Positions 1 through 9,894 of a stretch of DNA of 50,454 nt are shown here, one piece after another. A program made the translations under genes and the position numbers. A model generated the notes under the pieces. It was not told the origin of the DNA. It did not search any database and saw nothing but the letters and a program-made list of their open reading frames with translations. The stretch spans positions 116,876 to 167,329 of the forward strand of contig MFJD01000004.1 of the NCBI GenBank assembly GCA_001779095.1. The letters run 5' to 3'. Source of the stretch: Candidatus Gottesmanbacteria bacterium RBG_16_52_11. Its GTDB lineage: Bacteria; Patescibacteriota; Microgenomatia; UBA10105; UBA927. How positions within the stretch are numbered: position 1 is the first letter of the stretch; each line of letters opens with the position of its first letter.

Positions 1-25
1 GACTGAAGCGACGCCTGACGAGCTA

Positions 26-826
26 ATGGCACCGGCTCCTGACAAAACAGGCGGGGAACCCGGCGAACTGCCAGACATAGTTGCTGAATCTTTGGAGCAG
101 CAAGAGAATATTTCTGTCGCCGTCCCCGAGGAGCAGCCGGAGGGAATTCCCGAGGTAGCTCAGGCCATTCCGGAGGAAGTAGCAGATGGCCTGCAAGCCG
201 AAGCAGATACTGAGACTGTTTCATCACCTGAGGCGGAGCTAACAGATGCCGCAGTTGCGGAGACTGCTGAAGCGGTACTTGAGATTGAGCAAGATCAGCC
301 AGCGAGAGCTGCAGTAGAGGCAGTTGAATCTAAAGTACCTGCTAAAGAGCAGGTAACCGTTCAGGATGAGGCTACCGCCGAAAACACTGCAGCGCCCCCG
401 GTGATCCACACTGTCGTACAGGTGGTAACTCCACCCGCTACATTTGTAGTGAAGCCGCCAACAAAAAAACGGATTTTCCCCTTATTAGGGGTATTGTTGG
501 TGATTGGCGCTGTACTGGCATATTTTATGACAGATTTACCATGGCTGTATTGCTTATTTCTTGGCTATGGGGGTCTTGCCCTAACGGCGCCGTGGTGGAT
601 TGATTCATACGCATGGTCTTTCGCGGGAACGGACAAGCGTCATGCAGAGGGTCAGTTGTTAGTCTGGAGCGGAGTAATAATATGTTCGGCTACGCTGATA
701 TATTGGCTGCAATTCGATGCAGCCCATCCTGATATAATAGGGCTTTCCGTTGATTTCATTGTTGAGTTCGGGATAGCCCTTTTCCTGATGTTGGTGGGAG
801 CGGTAATTCTGGAGAAAACCAGCTGA
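26..826 (+). CDS. Hypothetical membrane protein: acidic Glu/Ala/Pro-rich low-complexity N-terminal half, C-terminal half with about four hydrophobic helices
   Basis: 266-aa ORF from the track. The frame stays open back to window position 2, so the true start may lie upstream of the window. Hydrophobic segments include FPLLGVLLVIGAVLAYF, LYCLFLGYGGLALTAPWW, LLVWSGVIICSATLIYWL and IVEFGIALFLMLVGAVIL. Confidence 0.5.
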   Translation: MAPAPDKTGGEPGELPDIVAESLEQQENISVAVPEEQPEGIPEVAQAIPEEVADGLQAEADTETVSSPEAELTDAAVAETAEAVLEIEQDQPARAAVEAVESKVPAKEQVTVQDEATAENTAAPPVIHTVVQVVTPPATFVVKPPTKKRIFPLLGVLLVIGAVLAYFMTDLPWLYCLFLGYGGLALTAPWWIDSYAWSFAGTDKRHAEGQLLVWSGVIICSATLIYWLQFDAAHPDIIGLSVDFIVEFGIALFLMLVGAVILEKTS

Positions 827-866
827 CTTTTCGGAAAGAGGATTGGTACGGCTCAGGCCGGACCAT

Positions 867-995
867 GGGTCTCCTCTTTCTTTTCCCGGGGACAATAAGT
901 TGCCTTCGGAAAATCAGAGGAGACCCAAAAAGTAGAAGAAAAAGGCAATCCCGCTGAACCGGATTATGCTCCGGGGAAGGCGGGATTTTTCGTGG
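867..995 (+). repeat. Composite structured intergenic element, copy 1: long-loop hairpin plus a 51-nt terminator-like module
   Basis: A 10-bp stem gggtctcctc (867-876) pairs with gaggagaccc (917-926). The 51-nt segment 945-995 is identical to 1641-1691. That module folds as aatcccgc (947-954) / gcgggatt (980-987) with an inner ccgga/tccgg stem, and runs into TTTTT (986-990). Confidence 0.6.
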
Positions 996-1087
996 CAGCT
1001 TGTAGTGATTTCTAATATATGGTAGGTTGCAATTGCTCTTCGTACCTTTACATTAACCGCTCAGAACCAGAAATCAGGAGACTTGAG

Positions 1088-1507
1088 ATGAATAAAGTCA
1101 GCTTGTTTTTTATATTTGCCGTATGGGGACTGCTGATACTTATAGCATTAAATAATGAACAGTTTGGAGGTTTCGTCGGAATAATTATTCTTTCTTTGGC
1201 CATAGTCATAAGCCCGGCACTAACCAACCAGAAGATTTGGCAAATGGAAAAAAACTTATGCATCAGGTATTGCCAATGGATGGTAGACAGAACGAATATC
1301 ATGTTTGGCCTGACTATGGTCAGCATTGTTTTGCTCGGGATCGGGATGGTAAATGACGTTAAGGGGGATTTAGCCTTCATAATCGGCTTTCTAGGCTATA
1401 ATTTATTTTATACCGTACCTAGTGTATTTGATTTTATGCACTACCCGAGCATATATTACCGGCTACCTAGCTGGATAAGAGCCGAGATTGAGCCATATGA
1501 CATCTGA
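1088..1507 (+). CDS. Small hypothetical integral membrane protein (about 4 TM helices), in a visibly AT-richer segment
   Basis: The track ORF is 1019..1507. I prefer the internal ATG at 1088 (MNKVSLFFIF...) because AGGAGA lies about 8 nt upstream. The protein is hydrophobic throughout, and I recognise no family. Confidence 0.55.
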   Translation: MNKVSLFFIFAVWGLLILIALNNEQFGGFVGIIILSLAIVISPALTNQKIWQMEKNLCIRYCQWMVDRTNIMFGLTMVSIVLLGIGMVNDVKGDLAFIIGFLGYNLFYTVPSVFDFMHYPSIYYRLPSWIRAEIEPYDI

Positions 1508-1564
1508 TTTCTAGAATACTATCTGAAAGCGGAGTTTACCCGTTTACGCAATTACGGGTAAACC

Positions 1565-1691
1565 CCTCTCTCCTTGATTCCTTGTCCTTAATAACCGTTA
1601 AGGCCGAAGAAACAGGAGAGAGGTAAGGTAAGTGTGAAGAGCAATCCCGCTGAACCGGATTATGCTCCGGGGAAGGCGGGATTTTTCGTGG
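1565..1691 (+). repeat. Composite structured intergenic element, copy 2
   Basis: A 10-bp stem cctctctcct (1565-1574) pairs with aggagagagg (1614-1623). Its sequence differs from copy 1, but both arms differ together, so pairing is kept. The identical 51-nt module follows at 1641-1691. A separate 9-bp hairpin tttacccgt/acgggtaaa sits at 1535-1562. Confidence 0.6.
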
Positions 1692-1920
1692 AATGGCGGC
1701 ACCCGGACAGCCATAGGATTGACTTTTACGTTGTCCGTATGCTATTTTCCAATCCAGCATATGAATTTACCGGCCACAGTGCAGGTTGTCTATACTTTTG
1801 ATGACGGAATGTACCGGGTAAATTTCGGGCTGACCGATCCTGAAGGTAATTTGCATAAACTATACCCTGGTTACAGACGGTGATTTCGATACTGACGAAC
1901 GATTCCGCGTTAGTGTCCAA

Positions 1921-2214
1921 ATGTCCGACCGGTGGGAAATATTCGTGGCGGATAAGGGATTAGCGGACAAAGGCCTCGAATCACTGCCTGACAGTCAGAA
2001 AGCGCTGGCCTTCCTGGTCGGATTATCCGAACCCTACCTGTCAAGCGCCCGAGAGAGAGTCACGGCTGACGGCGGATGCATGGCATCGCGTTTACAGAGA
2101 CTGGAAAGGGAATATGGATCGACAACTGAAATGAGATTTTCATACGGATCACAGATTCTGCATATCGGTGACGGGTCCGCAGGCTTTTTTACAGCGTTAT
2201 TCAGGGAATTCTGA
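1921..2214 (+). CDS. Hypothetical small protein, possible helix-turn-helix (QKALAFLVGLSEPYLSSARER)
   Basis: 97-aa ORF with no obvious Shine-Dalgarno sequence. The HTH-like stretch is only a pattern impression. Confidence 0.3.
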   Translation: MSDRWEIFVADKGLADKGLESLPDSQKALAFLVGLSEPYLSSARERVTADGGCMASRLQRLEREYGSTTEMRFSYGSQILHIGDGSAGFFTALFREF

Positions 2215-2345
2215 TTTTTTCAGCAATTTATTGCTCCTCAGTAAACCTTCGCCTCATCCCCGGGTGTTTTCCCGGAAAAAGTTACGGCTGTATCAGGTAG
2301 CAAAATCGGGAGGGTTTCACTACAATCTGACTTACTACCGAAATT

Positions 2346-4736
2346 ATGCAGCGATTCGGACGATACCTCCCGTTTATTCTCTTTGCGGGGATTACATTAT
2401 TCATTTTCCGCAGTTACTTCTCCAAAGGCCTGGTACCGTTTCCGGGCAATCTCCTTTCGGGATACTATGCACCGTGGTCGCATTACCGGCCGCCGGACTA
2501 TCCCAACGGCCCGGCATTCAAACCCATGGGATTTGACAACCTGCGGATATATTATCCGTTGCGGTCCCTTGCCGTCGGGCAGCTGAAGGACGGCAGGCTA
2601 CCGCTTTGGAATCCGTACAATTTTTCGGGAAACACGCTCCTGGCCACCTACCAATCGGCGGTTTTCCATCCGATGTCGTTCCTGTTTTTTCTGTTGCCCC
2701 AGATCGATGCCTGGTCAGTAATCGTGATACTCCAGCCTCTCCTGACCTGCTGGTTCACTTACCTTTTCCTGAGACGATTCCTGCCGGTGCGGTCAGGGAT
2801 TTTCGGTGCGGTGGTATTTGCCCTGTCCGGATTCATGATTGTCTGGTGGGAAGAGTCATTCATGGCGGGTTATTCGGCACTGGTGCTGCCACTGGCTTTG
2901 TTCGCGTTTGAAAAATGGCGGGAGGAGGGAAGCAGAAGGTGGCTGGTGCTATTAACCGGCGCATTTGTCTGGAGCATACTGTCAGGCTGGTTTCAGATGA
3001 CATTCTACCTGACCGCTGCCCTTACTGCCTGGGCTGTCTACCGCAGCCGGATGCGCGGATTCATAATTGCCGCCGGATGTTTCATGCTTTCAGTATTTCT
3101 CTGCGGTATCCACCTGGTGCCGGCATTTGAAGCGTACCGCGAGAGCGCCAGAGGAACGACTGATGCCCGGTTCCTGTTTGACGGGTACCTCCTCAAACCC
3201 GAACACCTGGTTACCTTCCTGGTCCCCGATTACTTCGGCAGTCCGGCAACATACACATACTTCGGGAACGGATTTTACTATGAACGGGTGGTATGGTTCG
3301 GCATCATTCCCCTGATGCTTGCCCTTTATGAGCTGGTCCGGTGGAAGTCACTGGCGCGGAAAGAACGATTTTTCGGCATCATGTTCCTGGTCTGCCTGTC
3401 GCTCGGGTTGTCGCTGCCGACGACATTTTTCCTGCTTTACCAGCTGAAACTGCCTCTTCTGTCAGTGATCATCCCGTCCCGGATATTTTACCTGTCCACG
3501 TTTGCGGGGGTTGTGCTTTCCGCATTCGGAATGGAGCGTTTTCTGCGGGAGCGCCGGATTGAGGATGTCCTGATCACTTATGCCATCTTCGGGACGGCAC
3601 TGACGGTTGCCTGGTACGTGCCGGTCACCATGGTCCGGGAGTTTACCGGCCGGATGGTGGAGGCGGAAATTATGACCCGCAGCCTGATGATTCCGACGGT
3701 TTCCTTCGGCATCGGACTTTTTTCCATGTGGCTTTACGCCAACCTGAAACGGTTTACGCCGTTACTGTACGGCATACTTCTTCTCGTGACCGTCGCCGGT
3801 TCACTGGTTTTTGCCAACAAGTATCTGTATTTTTCGGAACGCCGGTTTATATATCCTGAAACGCCGGTCATGGAAAAGATCCGCGAAATGGCCGGTTTTA
3901 ACCGTTTCTGGAGCTTCGGGCGGGGATACACGATCGAAAATAATTTCGCTACGATGCACCGTCTGCAGTCGCCCGAGGGTTACGATTCGTTTTATATCCG
4001 GCGGTACGGGGAGCTGCTCCATGCCGCAGCCAACGGGGGACAGTACAGTGCGGAAATACCCAGAGCCGACGCGCTGATACCGCAAGCTGAACATATCGGC
4101 AGCGTACCGGAAAACCATTACCGCTGGCGGCTGCTTAATCTGCTCGGAGTAAAATATATCGCCGGAGCAACCAGCCCGCTGCCGGAATTTGCAGCCGCTG
4201 ATCCGGATCCGGCACTCCTTCAGCCGGTCTGGCGGGACAGAGAGTATTCGATCTGGGAAAACCGGGAAGCCCTGCCGCGGGCGTATCTGGTGGGCGAAGT
4301 CCGGAATATTACCGGAGACCAGAAGATCCTGGACTTCCTGTTTGATCCGAACACGGATCTGCGAAAGCAGGCGGTTCTGGAAGGGTACGGCGGCATGGGG
4401 TCGGGAAGCGGGGGAACGGCGGAGATTACCAGGTTTGAGCCCAACGACGTGACGGTATCCACCGTTGCTACCCAAGGCAGCATACTGATACTGTCGGATG
4501 CCTACTACCCGGGTTGGCGGGCGGAAGTGGACGGGAAACCGACAAAACTCTACCGGGCTAATTACGCTTTCCGGGGAGTGGAAGTTCCGGCCGGGACCCA
4601 TACGGTTACGTTTTTATACCGGCCGGTAGCCTGGACTATTGGGCTGGCGCTATCCGGAACCGGGATATTATTATCCGGCGTGACTCTCTATTTATATTCC
4701 CGGCGGCGGAGGGATCCGCGAAGCAGATATGTTTAA
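2346..4736 (+). CDS. YfhO-family polytopic membrane protein (GT-C-like glycosyltransferase)
   Basis: 796 aa. The N-terminal region (GFDNLRIYYPLR...LPLWNPYNFSGNTLLATYQSAVFHP) and the C-terminal region (ILILSDAYYPGWRAEVDGKPTKLYRANYAFRGVEVPAGTHTVTFLYRP) match my memory of the YfhO family. Many TM helices lie between them. Confidence 0.85.
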   Translation: MQRFGRYLPFILFAGITLFIFRSYFSKGLVPFPGNLLSGYYAPWSHYRPPDYPNGPAFKPMGFDNLRIYYPLRSLAVGQLKDGRLPLWNPYNFSGNTLLATYQSAVFHPMSFLFFLLPQIDAWSVIVILQPLLTCWFTYLFLRRFLPVRSGIFGAVVFALSGFMIVWWEESFMAGYSALVLPLALFAFEKWREEGSRRWLVLLTGAFVWSILSGWFQMTFYLTAALTAWAVYRSRMRGFIIAAGCFMLSVFLCGIHLVPAFEAYRESARGTTDARFLFDGYLLKPEHLVTFLVPDYFGSPATYTYFGNGFYYERVVWFGIIPLMLALYELVRWKSLARKERFFGIMFLVCLSLGLSLPTTFFLLYQLKLPLLSVIIPSRIFYLSTFAGVVLSAFGMERFLRERRIEDVLITYAIFGTALTVAWYVPVTMVREFTGRMVEAEIMTRSLMIPTVSFGIGLFSMWLYANLKRFTPLLYGILLLVTVAGSLVFANKYLYFSERRFIYPETPVMEKIREMAGFNRFWSFGRGYTIENNFATMHRLQSPEGYDSFYIRRYGELLHAAANGGQYSAEIPRADALIPQAEHIGSVPENHYRWRLLNLLGVKYIAGATSPLPEFAAADPDPALLQPVWRDREYSIWENREALPRAYLVGEVRNITGDQKILDFLFDPNTDLRKQAVLEGYGGMGSGSGGTAEITRFEPNDVTVSTVATQGSILILSDAYYPGWRAEVDGKPTKLYRANYAFRGVEVPAGTHTVTFLYRPVAWTIGLALSGTGILLSGVTLYLYSRRRRDPRSRYV

Positions 4737-6298
4737 TTTGCGGACCCGGTTTGTTCAAGGGGTTGTCCGGGAAGAATCGGTGTAATGTGATACGTATCCT
4801 CTACGCTTTTCCACTGTTGGGGAGTGATTTTTTCATATTTTTCCGTTATGACGTGCAGGCATGAGGGGTCGGAGTAGGAACGCAAACGGACGTAACGGTT
4901 CCTGGTCCATTCCGGCAGGGTTTTGAGATCCCCGTTGGCACAAGTGCCGTAATAGAATGTCGGCGGATCGGAATGAAACATTTCTTCACGCGCCCGGGCG
5001 TAGACCGGGAAGCCCGGCATGAATGATGTATACCAGCTGTACTTATACGGTGAGGGCAGCTTGGCCTGCCAGAAGATCAGATCGTCGGCACCGTCCAGAA
5101 ACAACGTGTCTCCCGGCGTGGCGAGTGTCGAGACGACCGAACCATAATACTGGTAGTGGCCGTAGTTGGTAAGGAATTCTTCGTGGGGGACGACTTTGTC
5201 ATGGAGAAATGAAGCCGGGTTGGTTACGTGCCAGATGGCCAGGCCGGATAGCGCGGCTACTCCCAGCCAGCGGGCTAAGCCGTGATAACGCCAGGCCAGA
5301 CCGGCTGCAGCGGAAGCCACAATGGCAAACCAGACCATCATGTGGAAGGCTTCGTAATAGATTTTACCGGGAGGTTCGGGACGGAGGTTGGATAGGAATA
5401 ATAATCCGTATATCAGGGGAATCCAGATAAACCGGCGTTTTTCCCCGATCAGGTATACCAGTGCGATAAGCAGGAGTCCGGCTTCATAATACCGGAAAAG
5501 TGGCCAGTCGCCGGCCGGCAAAAACATCCGGACCGGATAGGCTAAGGCCGGGATCAAGTTACGTCCGGCAAATCCCTGACTGTCCGACTTGTAGTTGAGC
5601 ACGGTTGCCCGGTTAACGGTAACGACGTTGAAAAAGTAATCTTTTACGGGCAGGGAAAATACCAGAACGGCGCTGAATAGTCCCAGGATTGCCGCCGACA
5701 CCAGGCGTTCGCGGCCTTTCATCCGGAAAACCGCCACCACCGCAAACAAGGAGAGGGCCGCCGGAACGTAGGGTTCACGTTCAAACACCGCAATCCAGGT
5801 TCCCACGGCTACTAAAACCACGTCCATATATCTGCCCCAGCGGTCCTTGGCCGGGAGAAGCAGCGATAATACCAGGTACGCCACCGGATAGACGGTGAAA
5901 GCCTCGCCCAGATAACGGTCGCCGAAGATGTAAAACTTGACCGGTTCGTAGATGAGGGCAAACAGGAAGGCCGGCGGTCCGAAGCGGATTCCCATAGCGG
6001 CAACCCAGAGGAAGGAAAATAACCATAACGCCTGCCGATGGCGCAATACCAGGTCATAGATATTGATCGGGCGGGTGACCGTCTGGATAAGGGCACTGCC
6101 CAGGGGTGTGAGGGGCTGGTGGTTGAAGAAAACCTGCGAATACAGCTCCCTGCCTTGGGTAACGAAATATCCGCCGACGAAGCTGGAGCAGTCGTCGAAG
6201 CAACCGAAGGCATTGATTTTGGGTCGGTAGGCACGGTAGAGGAGTCCGTACATGAGTGCTGCCAGTACCAAAACCGTCAGAACCTTCAATATTTTCAT
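4733..6298 (-). CDS. Polytopic membrane protein, unclassified GT-C-like, with C-terminal soluble domain
   Basis: 521 aa. TM1 is followed by an acidic loop motif, GCFDDCSSFVGGYF, then about 10 further hydrophobic helices and a roughly 150-aa hydrophilic C-terminus. Its stop codon overlaps the stop of the convergent YfhO gene (4733-4736). Confidence 0.65.
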   Translation of the reverse strand: MKILKVLTVLVLAALMYGLLYRAYRPKINAFGCFDDCSSFVGGYFVTQGRELYSQVFFNHQPLTPLGSALIQTVTRPINIYDLVLRHRQALWLFSFLWVAAMGIRFGPPAFLFALIYEPVKFYIFGDRYLGEAFTVYPVAYLVLSLLLPAKDRWGRYMDVVLVAVGTWIAVFEREPYVPAALSLFAVVAVFRMKGRERLVSAAILGLFSAVLVFSLPVKDYFFNVVTVNRATVLNYKSDSQGFAGRNLIPALAYPVRMFLPAGDWPLFRYYEAGLLLIALVYLIGEKRRFIWIPLIYGLLFLSNLRPEPPGKIYYEAFHMMVWFAIVASAAAGLAWRYHGLARWLGVAALSGLAIWHVTNPASFLHDKVVPHEEFLTNYGHYQYYGSVVSTLATPGDTLFLDGADDLIFWQAKLPSPYKYSWYTSFMPGFPVYARAREEMFHSDPPTFYYGTCANGDLKTLPEWTRNRYVRLRSYSDPSCLHVITEKYEKITPQQWKSVEDTYHITPILPGQPLEQTGSAN

Positions 6299-6345
6299 GC
6301 TCCCATTATACTTGAAGGGCGCATTCAGGAGATTTTGTAATTCCT

Positions 6346-8358
6346 GTGGGAGACCTCTACAATACGTATGTGTTTTCCCTAACCGATCCGCGATTATTCC
6401 TGTACTGGATTTATTTTCTGGGAGCTGTGATTCTGGCGTTTGCCGTGCCCGGGGCGGTGCTGTTGCGGCGGTTCAAGCCGGGTTTACTCATGCTGTGGGG
6501 AGTCGGGATTCCCATGGGAATTGCCCTGTGGGCTTGGCAGGGATATATTTTCGGGTACCTCAATATCCGGTGGGCATCGTATCTCTATCTGTTGGTTTTT
6601 GTTGCCGTTTGGGTATGGCCGTTTGTCCATCGCCACCGGCGGCCTAAACCGAAATCGGTGATTTCCGGAAAACCGGATGCGGTTAGTGCCGGCATCGTCG
6701 TTTTAGGAGCCCTGTTTCAGCTATTCATGATTCTCTTTACGGCGGTGCGGTACCGCGGCACCATGTATTTCTGCTGTGCCATGGTGGAGGACAACTGGTG
6801 GTTTGCCGCAATCGCCCGGGAACTGGTGCGGCATTTTCCGCCAATGCAGCCGGGGATGTACGGGGTGCCCCTGGCCAATTACCATTACTGGTCAAACCTG
6901 GTGGTGGCGGAACTATCCCGGGTATTCGGACTGCCGATACTCCATACGCAGTTTCAGTTCATGGGGCTCCTGTTAGCCTTAACTCTGGGTGTGGGCGTCA
7001 TGGCGCTGGGGAACCTGTTTTTCTGGCCGCGAAACGTAATCCGGTGGATGCTGTTTTTCTTTTACTTCGGCAGCGACGCCATTTACTGGCTGTTGTTAGG
7101 ATTAGGGAAAGGGATGAGCTTTTCCATGAATTCCCTGGAGAACGGGACCCTGTTGCTGGCAAACCTGCCCCGGGCGTACGCGGTCGTGGTGCTTATCGCC
7201 GCCATCGGGCTTATTCATCTGGTCCATACTTCCAAAGACCGGTGGATATGGCTGGTGACGGCGTTGGTTCTGGCGTCCCTGGCGGGACTTAAAATTTACG
7301 TGGCGGTGTTTGCCTATACCGGTCTGGTAGCCGCTACCCTCTATCTACTGGCAACCCGTCAACCGTCCGGACAGCTCATGCGGCTGGGCATTGCCACCGG
7401 AATTCTGGCCCTGGTTGTCTATATTCCCACCAACAGCACCGCCGGCGGGCTGTTCTATACCGGATTCTGGCGGTTCGAAAATTTTATCGTACAGGAACAG
7501 CTGGGCCTGTCCCGGTGGGAATTAGCCCGGGTGGTGTTTGCTGAACACCGAAACCTGATCCGGGCCCTGGGGTACGACTTGTGGTTTTTCACCGTCTATA
7601 CCGCTGCCACCTTCGGCACCAAACTATTGGGGCTGTTTCAGACGCGCCGCAGCTTACGGATGATACCGGGGTACCTTCAGGCATTCCTGATCGGCGGAAT
7701 GGCCGTCAGCTTCGTGGCCGGCGGATTTTTCCAGCAGCGGGTCGGTTCATCCAATACCTTCAATTTCCTGGTTAATGTGTTTATCTTCGGATCGTTGTAT
7801 GCTGGCCTGGGAGCATGGCAACTTTCGGGGATGTTTCCCCGGCCGTTATCTTTCGCCATAGTGACGCTGATTGTGGCCGTAACCATACCCCGGTCGATTT
7901 CCGAAGTGCAGAAAACGTATGCCGCTGTCAGTGGTACCGGCGGATTTCACCTGAACCGTCAGGTGGAGGAGGGGCTTGTGTACCTGCGGGATCGGGTGCC
8001 GGCGGATGCAATCGTAGCCGTCGATACGGACGATCTGTCGTTTGACCATAATTCACCGACCGTCAGTTTTCTGGCCGACAAAACCACGTATTATTCCGGA
8101 ATGGGACTGTTGAAACATTTCAACATGGATACCTTTGACCGGGATAAGACCATGTATGCGGTGTTCCGTCGTTCCGATCCGCGCATAACGGCCGCACTTC
8201 TGAGAGGTCAGGGGATAAACTACCTGCTGGTGGCTACACCGTCAGCTATACCGGCGACCGAGTCGGGTCGTTTTCTTACGCCCGTTTTCCAAAACGAAAA
8301 GGTCTCGGTACTCAAGGTGATGCGTGACAGTCTCCGGCCGATAATCGAAGCGCATTAG
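6346..8358 (+). CDS. Polytopic membrane protein, unclassified GT-C-like, with C-terminal soluble domain
   Basis: 670 aa with a GTG start at 6346 and AGGAGA at 6327-6332. There is an acidic/aromatic loop (MVEDNWWFAAIARE...ANYHYW), many TM helices, and a C-terminal domain of about 150 aa. Confidence 0.65.
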   Translation: MGDLYNTYVFSLTDPRLFLYWIYFLGAVILAFAVPGAVLLRRFKPGLLMLWGVGIPMGIALWAWQGYIFGYLNIRWASYLYLLVFVAVWVWPFVHRHRRPKPKSVISGKPDAVSAGIVVLGALFQLFMILFTAVRYRGTMYFCCAMVEDNWWFAAIARELVRHFPPMQPGMYGVPLANYHYWSNLVVAELSRVFGLPILHTQFQFMGLLLALTLGVGVMALGNLFFWPRNVIRWMLFFFYFGSDAIYWLLLGLGKGMSFSMNSLENGTLLLANLPRAYAVVVLIAAIGLIHLVHTSKDRWIWLVTALVLASLAGLKIYVAVFAYTGLVAATLYLLATRQPSGQLMRLGIATGILALVVYIPTNSTAGGLFYTGFWRFENFIVQEQLGLSRWELARVVFAEHRNLIRALGYDLWFFTVYTAATFGTKLLGLFQTRRSLRMIPGYLQAFLIGGMAVSFVAGGFFQQRVGSSNTFNFLVNVFIFGSLYAGLGAWQLSGMFPRPLSFAIVTLIVAVTIPRSISEVQKTYAAVSGTGGFHLNRQVEEGLVYLRDRVPADAIVAVDTDDLSFDHNSPTVSFLADKTTYYSGMGLLKHFNMDTFDRDKTMYAVFRRSDPRITAALLRGQGINYLLVATPSAIPATESGRFLTPVFQNEKVSVLKVMRDSLRPIIEAH

Positions 8359-8508
8359 GCATAATGTCATTCAGGTCATGTGTTATGCATTTCTCCTCAA
8401 TATAAATGTCCGAATATCACAAACCTTTCTTTATTACGTGAACGTATCAGTTATTATTTGAACGAACCCGATTTCAGTACTGTTAATGAATACAATTTCC
8501 GGAATTTC

Positions 8509-8537
8509 TTGTCCGGCATATTAAATAACTGTATAAT
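8509..8537 (+). promoter_or_regulatory. Sigma70-like promoter upstream of rpsA
   Basis: TTGTCC (8509-8514), an exact 17-nt spacer, then TATAAT (8532-8537), about 35 nt upstream of the S1 start. Confidence 0.45.
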
Positions 8538-8572
8538 ACTGCCTACACTCAAAAAGAAAGGCGGTAACATGG

Positions 8573-9817
8573 ATGGCAACAAAACTCAAATCTCAAATGT
8601 CAAAACTCAAAACTAAGGACGGAAAAGAAAAATTAAAGAAAACATCCCAGAGGAAAACCGAAGACAAAGCTACTGAAACAGAGTCTGCAACCCGCAAAGA
8701 CACCGCCGCAAAAACCGGCAAAAAAACCTCCGCAACCGTTGCCCAGACCATGGAGGAGCTTCTGGCCCAAACTGGATATGTACTTAAAGGCGTTAAGAAG
8801 GGCGATGTGGTGGAAGGAATAATCACCAATGTCAACCCCCGGGAAATAACGGTGGATACCGGCGGCAAATCCGACGGCGTGGTAATCGACCGGGAACTCG
8901 AGTCCTATCGGGATGCCCTGCTGGCTCTTAAACCCGGTACGAAAGTCGTCGCGCAGGTGATTGTGGCCGAAAACGACCGCGGGCAGTCCGTACTGTCGCT
9001 GAGGCGGCACATTTTCGAAAAACGCTGGTCAGACCTGGCCAAATCCAAGGAAGAAGGCGCGACGCTCGAAGTGACCATCAAAGAAGTGGTCCGGGGCGGG
9101 ATGCTGGTCGACAGCGGGGGACTCCGGGGTTATGTTCCCCAGTCGCAGATAGACAGCAGTCTGGGACGGCAACTCGACAAGTCGGTAGGCAAAAGGATCC
9201 AGGTCAAAGTCATCGAAGTAGACCGCGATACCAACAGGCTGATTTTTTCGCAGCGTGCGGTGAGTGAGGAAGAAACTCTTTCGAAACAGAAACAGATCCT
9301 GACGGCGCTCACCATCGGTGACTCGGTGCAGACGACTATTACCGGAGTCGTCCCGTTCGGAGCGTTTGCCAAATTCAGCGTTTCCAAGGACGGGAAAGAC
9401 CATGATGTTGAAGGTCTGATACACATCTCGGAAATAGCCTGGGAAAAGGTCGAAGACCCGAACCAATACCTGAAGACCGGTGATTCGATCAAAGTAAAGA
9501 TAATCGGTGTCGATACCAAAACCGGCAAACTCACCCTGTCACTCAAACAGCTCCTGCCTGATCCGTGGGAAAACGTCACGGATATGTTCGAGAAAGACAG
9601 CCAGGTGAAGGGGACGGTGACCCGGGCGACGCCGTACGGGGTATTCGTTAACTTGAGCCCCGGTATCGAAGGCTTAATCCATATCAGTAAGATTTCCCCC
9701 GGTGAGGAACCTGCGGCCGGCGACGAAATCACCTGTACCATCGAAGATATCCAGCCGGAGAAGCGTAAAATCAGCCTCTCGATGACCCTGACGGAGAAAC
9801 CGATCGGATACCGGTAA
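8573..9817 (+). CDS. rpsA: 30S ribosomal protein S1 (short, about 4 S1 domains) with Lys-rich N-terminal extension
   Basis: 414 aa with repeated S1/OB motifs (GDVVEGIITNV...GGKSDGVV; GATLEVTIKEVVRGGMLVD; IQVKVIEVDRDTNRLIFSQR; GLIHISEIAWEKV; VKGTVTRATPYGVFVNL...GLIHISKI). The first roughly 60 aa are Lys/Thr-rich. Confidence 0.9.
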   Translation: MATKLKSQMSKLKTKDGKEKLKKTSQRKTEDKATETESATRKDTAAKTGKKTSATVAQTMEELLAQTGYVLKGVKKGDVVEGIITNVNPREITVDTGGKSDGVVIDRELESYRDALLALKPGTKVVAQVIVAENDRGQSVLSLRRHIFEKRWSDLAKSKEEGATLEVTIKEVVRGGMLVDSGGLRGYVPQSQIDSSLGRQLDKSVGKRIQVKVIEVDRDTNRLIFSQRAVSEEETLSKQKQILTALTIGDSVQTTITGVVPFGAFAKFSVSKDGKDHDVEGLIHISEIAWEKVEDPNQYLKTGDSIKVKIIGVDTKTGKLTLSLKQLLPDPWENVTDMFEKDSQVKGTVTRATPYGVFVNLSPGIEGLIHISKISPGEEPAAGDEITCTIEDIQPEKRKISLSMTLTEKPIGYR

Positions 9818-9844
9818 GCTGTCGGGGCTTCGTATTTACCATTT

Positions 9845-9894
9845 CCGTAAATTCCGGCAGGACAGTAATGATATACCCGGAAATTATGGTTTTT
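9845..9894 (+). terminator. Hairpin plus T-run downstream of rpsA, overlapping the stop codon of the convergent gene
   Basis: ccgtaaattccgg (9845-9857) pairs imperfectly with ccggaaattatgg (9877-9889), 12 of 13 positions counting one G-U. TTTTT follows at 9890-9894. Confidence 0.4.

Noticed and set aside
1662-1883. ORF 1662..1883, or a 40-aa version from the ATG at 1761.
   Set aside because: The 5' part is translated from the conserved 51-nt repeat/terminator module. The short version has no ribosome-binding site or recognisable features. Coding potential cannot be excluded, but it is not supported.
4733-4736. Overlapping stop codons of the convergent genes (TTTAA shared by 2346..4736 and 4733..6298).
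   Set aside because: This is a trivial consequence of tight packing. I found no evidence of recoding or regulation.
8380-8616. A 78-aa ORF upstream of, and overlapping, the S1 start.
   Set aside because: It lies in the AT-rich promoter and leader region of rpsA and overlaps the promoter at 8509-8537. Its translation looks like AT-rich noise.
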